From contig OZ024741.1 of NCBI GenBank assembly GCA_964016885.1, forward strand, positions 255,750,001 to 255,814,000: a stretch of DNA of 64,000 nt, read 5' to 3'. Below the pieces are notes generated by a model. It was not told the DNA's origin. It did no database searches and worked only from the letters and a program-made list of their open reading frames with translations. A program made the position numbers and the translations under genes. Positions 22,833 to 33,000 of this stretch are shown here, piece after piece (position 1 is the first letter of the stretch; each line of letters begins with the position of its first letter). The DNA is from Eledone cirrhosa (Eukaryota).

Positions 22833-25800
22833 GTTTCGCTTTACGAGTGTTTCGACTTACGAGTGTTTCGACATACGAGTGTTTCGGCTTACGAGTGTTT
22901 TGATTTACGAGTGTTTTGACTTACGGGTGCTTCGACTTACGCGTGTTTCGACTTACGAGTGTTTCGACTTACGAGTGTTTCGGCTTATGAGTGTTTTGAC
23001 TTACGAATGTTTTGACTTACGATTGTTTCGGCTTACGAGTGTTTCGACTTACGAGTGTTCTGACTACGAGTGTTCTGACTTACGGGTGTTCTGACTTACG
23101 AGTGTTCTGACTTACGAGTGTTTCGGCTTATGAGTGTTTCGACTTACGAGTGCTTCGACTTACGAGTGTTTCGGCTTACGGGTGTTTCGACTTACGAATG
23201 TTTTTGCTTACGAGTGTTTCGGCTTACGAGTGTTTCGGCTTATGAGTGTTTCGACTTACGAGTGTTTTGACTTACGGGTGTTTTGACATACGAGTGTTTC
23301 GATACGATTGTTCTGACTTACGAGTGTTTCCGCTTACGAGTGTTTCGGCTTACGAGTGTTTCGACTTACTAATGTTTTTACTTACGAGTGTTTCTGTGTA
23401 CGAGTGTTTCGACTTACGAGTGTTTGGACTTACGGGCGTTTCGACTTACGGGTTATTTCGACTTACGAGTGTTTTGGCTTACGAATGTTTTGACTTACGG
23501 GTGTTTCGACTTACGAGTGTTTCGACTTATGAGTGTTTCGACTTACGAGTGTTTCGGCTTATGAGTGTTTCGACTTACGAGTGCTTCGGCTTACGAGTGT
23601 TTCGACTTACGAGTATTTCGGCTTACGAGTGTTTCGACGTACGAATGTTTTGGCTTACGAGTGTTTCGGCTTATGAGTGTTTCGGCTTACGGGTGTTTCG
23701 ACTTACGAGTGTTTCGGCTTACGAGTGTTTCAGTGTTTCGGCTTACGTGTGTTTCGACTTACGAGTGTTTCGACTTACGACTGTTTCGGCTTACGAGTGT
23801 TTCGGCTTACGAGTGTTTCGGCTTACGAGTGTTTTGACTTACGATTGTTTGGCTTACGAGTGTTCTGACTTACGGGTGTTCTGACTTACCAGTGTTCCGA
23901 CTTACGAGTGTTTCGGCTTATGAGGGTTTCGACTTACGAGTGCTTCGGCTTACGAGTGTTTCGACTTACGAGTGTTTCGGCTTACGAGTGTTTCGAATTA
24001 CGAGTGTTTTGACTTACGGTGTTTCGGCTTACGAGTGTTTCGACATACGAGTGTTTTGACGTACGGGTGTTTCGACTTACGAGTCTTTCGACTTAAGAGT
24101 GTTTCGACTTACGAGCACTTCGACTTACGAGTGTTTCGACTTACGAGTGTTTCGACTTACGAGTGTTTCGAATTACGAGTGTTTCGACTTACGAGTGTTT
24201 TGACTTACGAGTGTTTTGACTTACGGTGTTTCTGCTTACGAGTGTTTCGACTTTCGAGTGTTATGACTTACGGGTGTTTTGACATACGAGTGTTTCGACT
24301 TACGAGTCTTACGGCTTACGAGTGTTTCGACTTACTAATGTTTTTACTTACGAGTGTTTCGGCGTACGAGTGTTTCGACTTCCGAGTGTTTCGACTTACA
24401 GGTGTTTTGACTTACGAGTGTTTTGACTTATGAATGTTTTGACTTACGGGTGTTTCGGCTTACGAGTGTTTCGACTTACGAGTCTTTCGGCTTACGAGTG
24501 TTTCGACTTACTAATGTTTTTACTTACGAGTGTTTCGGCGTACGAGAGTCAGTGCCAGTGTTGTTGCTGTTGCTGTTTTCTCTGTCAGTGCCAGTGATGT
24601 TGTAGTTGTTGCTGTTTTCTGTGTTAGTGCCAGTGTTGTTGTAGTTGTTGCTGTTTTCTGTGTCAGTGCCAGTGTTGTTGCTGTTGCTGCTTTCTCTGTC
24701 AGTGCCAGTGTTGTTGTAGTTGTTGCTGCTTTCTCTGTCAGTGCCAGTGTTGTTGTAGCTGTTGCTGTTTTCTGTGTCAGTGCCAGTGTTGTTGTTGTTG
24801 CTGTTTTCTCTGTCAGTGCCAGTGTTGTTGTAGTTGTTGCTGTTTTCTGTGTCAGTGCCACTGTTGTTGTTGCTGTTTTCTCTGTCAGTGCCAGTGTTGT
24901 TGTAGTTTTTGCTGTTTTCTGTGTCAGTGCCAGTGTTGTTGTTGTTGCTGTTTCCTGTGTCAGTGCCAGTGTTGTTGTTGTTGCTGTTTTCTCTGTCAGT
25001 GCCAGTGTTGTTGCTGTTGCTATTTTCACTCTCAGTGCCAGTGTTGTTGTTGTTGCTGTTTTCTGTGTCAGTGCCAGTGTTGTTGTTGTTGCTGTTTTCT
25101 TTGTCAGTGCCAGTGTTGTTGTTGTTACTGTTGCTGTTTTCTGTGTCAGTTCCAGTGTTGCTGTTGCTGTTTTCTGTGCCAGTGCCAGTGTTATTGTTGC
25201 TGTTGTTGCTGTTTTCTGTGTCAGTGCCAGTGTTGTTGTTGCTGTTGTTGCTGTTTTCCGTGCCAGTGTTGTTGTAGTTGTTGCTGTTTTCTGTGTCAGT
25301 GCCGGTGTTGTTGTTGCTGTTTTCTCTGTCAGTGCCAGTGTTGTTGTTGTTGCTGTTTTCTGTGTCAGTGCCAGTGTTGTTGTAGTTGTTGCTGTTTTCT
25401 GTGTCAGTGCCAGTGTTGTTGTAGTTGTTGCTGTTTTCTGTGTCAGTGCCAGTGTTGTTGTAGTTGTTGCTGTTTTCTCTGTCAGTGCCAGTGTTGTTGT
25501 AGTTGTTGCTGTTTTCTCTGTCAGTGCCAGTGTTGTTGTAGTTGTTGCTGTTTTCTGTGTCAATGCCAGTGTTGTTGTTGTTGCTGTTTTCTCTGTCAGT
25601 GCCAGTGTTGTTGTAGTTGTTGCTGTTTTCTCTGTCAGTGCCAGTGTTGTTGTAGTTGTTGCTGTTTTCTGTGTCAGTGCCAGTGTTGTTGTAGTTGTTG
25701 CTGTTTTCTCTGTCAGTGCCAGTGTTGTTGTAGTTGTTGCTGTTTTCTCTGTCAGTGCCAGTGTTCTTGTAGTTGTTGCTGTTTTCTGTGTCAGTGCCAG

Positions 25801-26303
25801 TGTTGTTGTTGCTGTTTTCTCTGTCAGTGCCAGTGTTGTTGTAGTTGTTGCTGTTTTCTCTGTCAGTGCCAGTGTTGTTGTAGTTGTTGCTGTTTTCTGT
25901 GTCAGTGCCAGTGTTGTTGTAGTTGTTGCTGTTTTCTGTGTCAGTGTCAGTGTTGTTGTAGTTGTTGCTGTTTTCTCTGTCAGTGCCAGTGTTGTTGTTG
26001 TTGTTGCTGTTTTTCTGTCAGTGCCAGTGTTGTAGTTGTTGCTGTTTTCTCTGTCAGTGCCAGTGTTGTTGTAGTTGCTGCTGTTTTCTGTGTCGGTGCC
26101 AGTGTTGTTGTTGTTGCTGTTTTCTGTGTCAGTGCCAGTGTTGTTGTTGTTGCTATTTTCAATGTCAGTGCCAGTGTTGTTGCTGTTGCTGTTTTCTCTG
26201 TCAGTGCCAGTGATGTTGTAGTTGTTGCTGTTTTCTGTGTTAGTGCCAGTGTTGTTGTAGTTGTTGCTGTTTTCTGTGTCAGTGCCAGTGTTGTTGCTGT
26301 TGC

Positions 26304-29300
26304 TGTTTTCTCTGTCAGTGCCAGTGTTGTTGTTGTTGCTGTTTTCTCTGTCAGTGCCAGTGTTGTTGTTGTTGTTTTCTCTGTCAGTGCCAGTGTTGTT
26401 GTTGTTGCTGTTTTCTCTGTCAGTGCCAGTGTTGTTGTTGCTGTTTTCTGTGTTAGTGCCAGTGTTGTTGTAGTTGTTGCTGTTTTCTGTGTCAGTGCCA
26501 GTGTTGTTGTTGTTGCTGTTTTCTCTGTCAGTGCCAGTGTTGTTGTTGTTGCTGTTTTCTCTGTCACTGCCAGTGTTGTTGTAGTTGTTGCTGTTTTCTC
26601 TGTCAGTGCCAGTGTTGTTGTAGTTGTTGCTGTTTTCTGTGTCAGTGCCAGTGTTTTTGTTGTTGCTGTTTTCTCTGTCAGTGCCAGTGTTGTTGTAGTT
26701 GTTGCTGTTTTCTCTGTCAGTGCCAGTGTTGTTGTAATTGTTGCTGTTTTATGTGTCAGTGCCAGTGTTGTTGCTGTTGTTGCTGTTTTCTGTGTCAGTG
26801 CCAGTGTTGTTGTTGTTGCTGTTTTCTGTGTCAGTGCCAGTGTTGTTGTTGCTATTTTCACTGTCAGTGCCAGTGTTGTTGTAGTTGTTGCTGTTTTCTC
26901 TGTCAGTGCCAGTGTTGTTGTAGTTGTTGCTGTTTTCTGTGTCAGTGCCAGTGTTGTTGTTGCTGTTTTCTCTGTCAGTGCCAGTGTTGTTGTAGTTGTT
27001 GCTGTTTTCTCTGTCAGTGCCAGTGTTGTTGTAGTTGTTGCTGTTTTCTGTGTCAGTGCCAGTGTTGTTGTAGTTGTTGCTGTTTTCTCTGTCAGTGCCA
27101 GTGTTGTTGTTGTTGTTGCTGTTTTCTCTGTCAGTGCCAGTGTTGTAGTTGTTGCTGTTTTCTCTGTCAGTGCCAGTGTTGTTGTAGTTGTTGCTGTTTT
27201 CTGTGTCAGTGCCAGTGTTGTTGTTGTTTCTATTTTCACTGTCAGTGCCAGTGTTGTTGCTGCTGCTGTTTTCTCTGTCAGTGCCAGTGATGTTGTAGTT
27301 GTTGCTGTTTTCTGTGTTAGTGCCAGTTTTGTTGTAGTTGTTGCTGTTTTCTGTGTCAGTGCCAGTGTTGTTGCTGTTGCTGTTTTCTCTGTCAGTGCCA
27401 GCGTTGTTGTAGTTGTTGCTGCTTTCTCTGTCAGTGCCAGTGTTGCTGTAGTTGTTGCTGTTTTCTGTGTCAGTGCCAGTGTTGTTGTTGTTGCTGTTTT
27501 CTCTGTCAATGCCAGTGTTGTTGTAGTTGTTGCTGTTTTCTGTGTCAGTGCCACTGTTGTTGTTGCTGTTTTCTGTGTCAGTGCCAGTATTGTTGTTGTT
27601 GCTGTTTTCTCTGTCAGTGCCAGTGTTGTTGTTGTTGCTGTTTTCTGTGTCAGTGCCATTGTTATTGCTGTTGTTGCTGTTTTCTGTGTCAGTGCCAGTG
27701 TTGTTGTTGCTGTTGTTGCTGTTTTCTGTGTCAGTGCCAGTGTTGTTGCTGTTGCTGTTTTCTCTGTCAGTGCCAGTGTTGTTGTAGTTGTTGCTGTTTT
27801 ATCTGTCAGTGCCAGTGTTGTAGTTGTTGCTGTTTTCTGTGTCAGTGCCAGTGTTGTTGTTGTTGTTGTTTTCTCTGTCAATGCCAGTGTTGTTGTAGTT
27901 GTTGCTGTTTTCTGTGTCAGTGCCAGTGTTGTTGTAGTTGTTGCTGTTTTCTGTGTCAGTGCCAGTGTTGTTGTTGTTGATGTTTTCTCTGTCAGTGCCA
28001 GTGTTGTTGTTGTTGCTGTTTTCTCTGTCAGTGCCAGTGTTGTTGTTGTTGTTTTCTCTGTCAGTGCCAGTGTTGTTGTTGTTGCTGTTTTCTCTGTCAG
28101 TGCCAGTGTTGTTGTTGCTGTTTTCTGTGTTAGTGCCAGTGTTGTTGTAGTTGTTGCTGTTTTATCTGTCAGTGCCAGTGTTGTAGTTGTTGCTGTTTTC
28201 TGTGTCAGTGCCAGTGTTGTTGTTGTTGTTGTTTTCTCTGTCAATGCCAGTGTTGTTGTAGTTGTTGCTGTTTTCTGTGTCAGTGCCAGTGTTGTTGTAG
28301 TTGTTGCTGTTTTCTGTGTCAGTGCCAGTGTTGTTGTTGTTGATGTTTTCTCTGTCAGTGCCAGTGTTGTTGTTGTTGCTGTTTTCTCTGTCAGTGCCAG
28401 TGTTGTTGTTGTTGTTTTCTCTGTCAGTGCCAGTGTTGTTGTTGTTGCTGTTTTCTCTGTCAGTGCCAGTGTTGTTGTTGCTGTTTTCTGTGTTAGTGCC
28501 AGTGTTGTTGTAGTTGTTGCTGTTTTCTGTGTCAGTGCCAGTGTTGTTGTTGTTGCTGTTTTCTCTGTCAGTGCCAGTGTTGTTGTTGTTGCTGTTTTCT
28601 CTGTCACTGCCAGTGTTGTTGTAGTTGTTGCTGTTTTCTCTGTCAGTGCCAGTGTTGTTGTAGTTGTTGCTGTTTTCTGTGTCAGTGCCAGTGTTTTTGT
28701 TGTTGCTGTTTTCTCTGTCAGTGCCAGTGTTGTTGTAGTTGTTGCTGTTTTCTCTGTCAGTGCCAGTGTTGTTGTAATTGTTGCTGTTTTATGTGTCAGT
28801 GCCAGTGTTGTTGCTGTTGTTGCTGTTTTCTGTGTCAGTGCCAGTGTTGTTGTTGTTGCTGTTTTCTGTGTCAGTGCCAGTGTTGTTGTTGCTATTTTCA
28901 CTGTCAGTGCCAGTGTTGTTGTAGTTGTTGCTGTTTTCTCTGTCAGTGCCAGTGTTGTTGTAGTTGTTGCTGTTTTCTGTGTCAGTGCCAGTGTTGTTGT
29001 TGCTGTTTTCTCTGTCAGTGCCAGTGTTGTTGTAGTTGTTGCTGTTTTCTCTGTCAGTGCCAGTGTTGTTGTAGTTGTTGCTGTTTTCTGTGTCAGTGCC
29101 AGTGTTGTTGTAGTTGTTGCTGTTTTCTCTGTCAGTGCCAGTGTTGTTGTTGTTGTTGCTGTTTTCTCTGTCAGTGCCAGTGTTGTAGTTGTTGCTGTTT
29201 TCTCTGTCAGTGCCAGTGTTGTTGTAGTTGTTGCTGTTTTCTGTGTCAGTGCCAGTGTTGTTGTTGTTTCTATTTTCACTGTCAGTGCCAGTGTTGTTGC

Positions 29301-30050
29301 TGCTGCTGTTTTCTCTGTCAGTGCCAGTGATGTTGTAGTTGTTGCTGTTTTCTGTGTTAGTGCCAGTTTTGTTGTAGTTGTTGCTGTTTTCTGTGTCAGT
29401 GCCAGTGTTGTTGCTGTTGCTGTTTTCTCTGTCAGTGCCAGCGTTGTTGTAGTTGTTGCTGCTTTCTCTGTCAGTGCCAGTGTTGCTGTAGTTGTTGCTG
29501 TTTTCTGTGTCAGTGCCAGTGTTGTTGTTGTTGCTGTTTTCTCTGTCAATGCCAGTGTTGTTGTAGTTGTTGCTGTTTTCTGTGTCAGTGCCACTGTTGT
29601 TGTTGCTGTTTTCTGTGTCAGTGCCAGTATTGTTGTTGTTGCTGTTTTCTCTGTCAGTGCCAGTGTTGTTGTTGTTGCTGTTTTCTGTGTCAGTGCCATT
29701 GTTATTGCTGTTGTTGCTGTTTTCTGTGTCAGTGCCAGTGTTGTTGTTGCTGTTGTTGCTGTTTTCTGTGTCAGTGCCAGTGTTGTTGCTGTTGCTGTTT
29801 TCTCTGTCAGTGCCAGTGTTGTTGTAGTTGTTGCTGTTTTATCTGTCAGTGCCAGTGTTGTAGTTGTTGCTGTTTTCTGTGTCAGTGCCAGTGTTGTTGT
29901 TGTTGTTGTTTTCTCTGTCAATGCCAGTGTTGTTGTAGTTGTTGCTGTTTTCTGTGTCAGTGCCAGTGTTGTTGTAGTTGTTGCTGTTTTCTGTGTCAGT
30001 GCCAGTGTTGTTGTTGTTGATGTTTTCTCTGTCAGTGCCAGTGTTGTTGT
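26304..30050. repeat. Higher-order duplication in array B: ~26304-28010 repeated at +2040, with a nested 363-bp duplication around 27770-28500
   Basis: ORF pairs 26751/28791 and 27527/29567 (+2040), and 27938/28301 (+363). Shared rare variants include GTAATTG, GTTTCTATTTTC and GCCAGCGTT. Confidence 0.88.
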
Positions 30051-33000
30051 AGTTGTTGCTGTTTTCTGTGTCAGTGCCACTGTTGTTGTTGCTGTTTTCT
30101 CTGTCAGTGCCAGTGTTGTTGCTGTTGCTATTTTCACTGTCAGTGCCAGTGTTGTTGTTGTTGCTGTTTTCTGTGTCAGTGCCAGTGTTGTTGTTGTTGC
30201 TGTTTTCTTTGTCAGTGCCAGTGTTGTTGTTGTTACTGTTGCTGTTTTCTGTGTCAGTTCCAGTGTTGCTGTTGCTGTTTTCTGTGCCAGTGCCAGTGTT
30301 ATTGTTGCTGTTGTTGTTGTTTTCTGTGTCAGTGCCACGGTTGTTGTTGCTGTTGTTGCTGTTTTCTGTGTCAGTGTCAGTGTTGTTGTTGCTGTTTTCT
30401 GTGTCAGTGCCAGTGTTGTTGTTGCTGTTGTTGCTGTTTTCTGTGCCAGTGTTGTTGTAGTTGTTGCTGTTTTGTGTGTCAGTGCCGGTGTTGTTGTTGT
30501 TGCTGTTTTCTCTGTCAGTGCCAGTGTTGTTGTTGTTGCTGTTTTCTCTGTCAGTGCCAGTGTTGTTGTTGTTGCTGTTTTCTGTGTCAGTGCCAGTGTT
30601 GTTGTAGTTGTTGCTGTTTTCTGTGTCAGTGCCAGTGTTGTTGTAGTTGTTGCTGTTTTCTGTGTCAGTGCCAGTGTTGTTGTAGTTGTTGCTGTTTTCT
30701 CTGTCAGTGCCAGTGTTGTTGTAGTTGTTGCTGTTTTCTCTGTCAGTGCCAGTGTTGTTGTAGTTGTTGATGTTTTCTGTGTCAATGCCAGTGTTGTTGT
30801 TGTTGCTGTTTTCTCTGTCAGTGCCAGTGTTGTAGTTGTTGCTGTTTTCTCTGTCAGTGCCAGTGTTGTAGTTGTTGCTGTTTTCTGTGTCAGTGCCAGT
30901 GTTGTTGCTGTTGTTGCTGTTTTCTGTGTCAGTGCCAGTGTTGTTGTTGTTGCTGTTTTCTGTGTCAGTGCCAGTGTTGTTGTAGTTGTTGCTGTTTTCT
31001 GTGTCAGTGCCAGTGTTGTTCTAGTTGTTGCTGTTTTCTGTGTCAGTGCCAGTGTTGTTGTAGTTGTTGCTGTTTTCTCTGTCAGTGCCAGTGTTGTTGT
31101 AGTTGTTGCTGTTTTCTCTGTCAGTGCCAGTGTTGTTGTAGTTGTTGCTGTTTTCTGTGTCAGTGCCAGTGTTGTTGTTGTTGCTGTTTTCTCTGTCAGT
31201 GCCAGTGTTGTTGTAGTTGTTGCTGTTTTCTGTGTCAGTGCCACTGTTGTTGTTGCTGTTTTCTCTGTCAGTGCCAGTGTTGTTGTAGTTGTTGCTGTTT
31301 TCTGTGTCAGTGCCAGTGTTGTTGTTGTTGCTGTTTTCTCTGTCAGTGCCAGTGATGTTGTAGTTGTTGCTGTTTTCTGTGTTAGTGCCAGTGTTGTTGT
31401 AGTTGTTGCTGTTTTCTGTGTCAGTGCCAGTGTTGTTGCTGTTGCTGTTTTCTCTGTCAGTGTCAGTGTTGTTGTAGTTGTTGCTGCTTTCTCTGTCAGT
31501 GCCAGTGTTGTTGTAGTTGTTGCTGTTTTCTGTGTCAGTGCCAGTGTTGTTGTTGTTGCTGTTTTCTCTGTCAGTGCCAGTGTTGTTGTAGTTGTTGCTG
31601 TTTTCTGTGTCAGTGCCACTGTTGTTGTTGCTGTTTTCTCTGTCAGTGCCAGTGTTGTTGTAGTTTTTGCTGTTTTCTGTGTCAGTGCCAGTGTTGTTTT
31701 TGCTGTTTTCTGTGTCAGTGCCAGTGTTGTTGTTGTTGCTGTTTTCTCTGTCAGTGCCAGTGTTGTTGCTGTTGCTATTTTCACTGTCAGTGCCAGTGTT
31801 GTTGTTGTTGCTGTTTTCTGTGTCAGTGCCAGTGTTGTTGTTGTTGCTGTTTTCTTTGTCAATGCCAGTGTTGTTGTTGTTACTGTTGCTGTTTTCTGTG
31901 TCAATGCCAGTGTTGTTGTTGTTGCTGTTTTCTCTGTCAGTGCCAGTGTTGTAGTTGTTGCTGTTTTCTCTGTCAGTGCCAGTGTTGTAGTTGTTGCTGT
32001 TTTCTGTGTCAGTGCCAGTGTTGTTGCTGTTGTTGCTGTTTTCTGTGTCAGTGCCAGTGTTGTTGTTGTTGCTGTTTTCTGTGTCAGTGCCACAGTTGTT
32101 GCTGTTGTTGCTGTTTTCTGTGTCAGTGCCAGTGTTGTTGTTGCTGTTTTCTGTGTCAGTGCCAGTGTTGTTGTTGCTGTTGTTGCTGTTTTCTGTGCCA
32201 GTGTTGTTGTAGTTGTTGCTGTTTTCTGTGTCAGTGCCAGTGTTGTTGTTGTTGCTGTTTTCTCTGTCAGTGCCAGTGTTGTTGTTGCTGTTTTCTGTGT
32301 CAGTGACATTGTTATTGCTGTTGTTGCTGTTTTCTCTGTCAGTGCCAGTGTTGTTGTTGCTGTTGCTGTTTTCTCTGTCAGTGCCAGTGTTGTTGTAGTT
32401 GTTGCTGTTTTATGTGCCAGTGCCAGTGTTGTTGTTGTTGCTGTTTTCTGTGTCAGTGCCAGTGTTGTTGTTGTTGCTATTTTCACTGTCAGTGCCAGTG
32501 TTGTTGCTGTTGCTGTTTTCTCTGTCAGTGCCAGTGATGTTGTAGTTGTTGCTGTTTTCTGTGTTAGTGCCAGTGTTGTTGTAGTTGTTGCTGTTTTCTG
32601 TGTCAGTGCCAGTGTTGTTGCTGTTGCTGTTTTCTCTGTCAGTGCCAGTGTTGTTGTAGTTGTTGCTGTTTTCTGTGTCAGTGCCACTGTTGTTGTTGCT
32701 GTTTTCTGTGTCTGTGCCAGTGTTGTTGTTGTTGCTGTTTTCTCTGTCAGTGCCAGTGTTGTTGTTGCTGTTTTCTCTGTCAGTGTCAGTGTTGTTGTAG
32801 TTGTTGCTGTTTTTTGTGTCAGTGCCAGTGTTGTTATAGTTGTTGCTGTTTTCTCTGTCAGTGCCAGTGTTGTTGTTGTTGTTGCTGTTTTCTCTGTCAG
32901 TGCCAGTGTTGTAGTTGTTGCTGTTTTCTCTGTCAGTGCCAGTGTTGTTGTAGTTGTTGCTGTTTTCTGTGTCAGTGCCAGTGTTGTTGTTGTTGCTGTT

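Larger units (their letters stand above)
1..24549. repeat. Satellite array A: head-to-tail 16-bp tandem repeat, consensus GACTTACGAGTGTTTC (about 1,500 monomers in the window; continues past the left edge)
   Basis: Visible directly. Because 16 is not a multiple of 3, the 48-bp translational period LRVFRLTSVSTYECFD appears in all three + frames. Common variants are GGCTTACG, TTTTGAC, TTCTGAC, TTCCGAC, TACGGGT, TATGAGT and GACATACG, plus 14-, 15- and 17-bp indel monomers. Orientation is the same throughout. Confidence 0.99.

Noticed and set aside
1-24549. CRISPR-like repeat/spacer array
   Set aside because: Monomers are contiguous with no unique spacers, the only interruption is the same sequence six times, and there are no cas genes or leader.
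1-24549. Telomerase-synthesised telomeric repeat (TTACG resembles TTAGG; some yeasts have long units)
   Set aside because: It matches no telomere repeat I recognise, and the many variants and kb-scale higher-order duplications indicate recombinational amplification rather than templated synthesis. A subtelomeric location is not excluded.
174-24605. About 100 short + strand ORFs of the type LRVFRLTSVSTYECFD
   Set aside because: They are translations of the 16-bp repeat, the same peptide appears in all three frames, most have GTG/TTG starts, and they are broken repeatedly by TGA variants and indels.
24520-25563. Minus-strand ORF crossing the A/B junction, as a possible C-terminus of a giant protein
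   Set aside because: It is separated from the long ORF by the frameshift at ~26014, and its tail (LVRRNTRK) is simply antisense array A up to the first stop.
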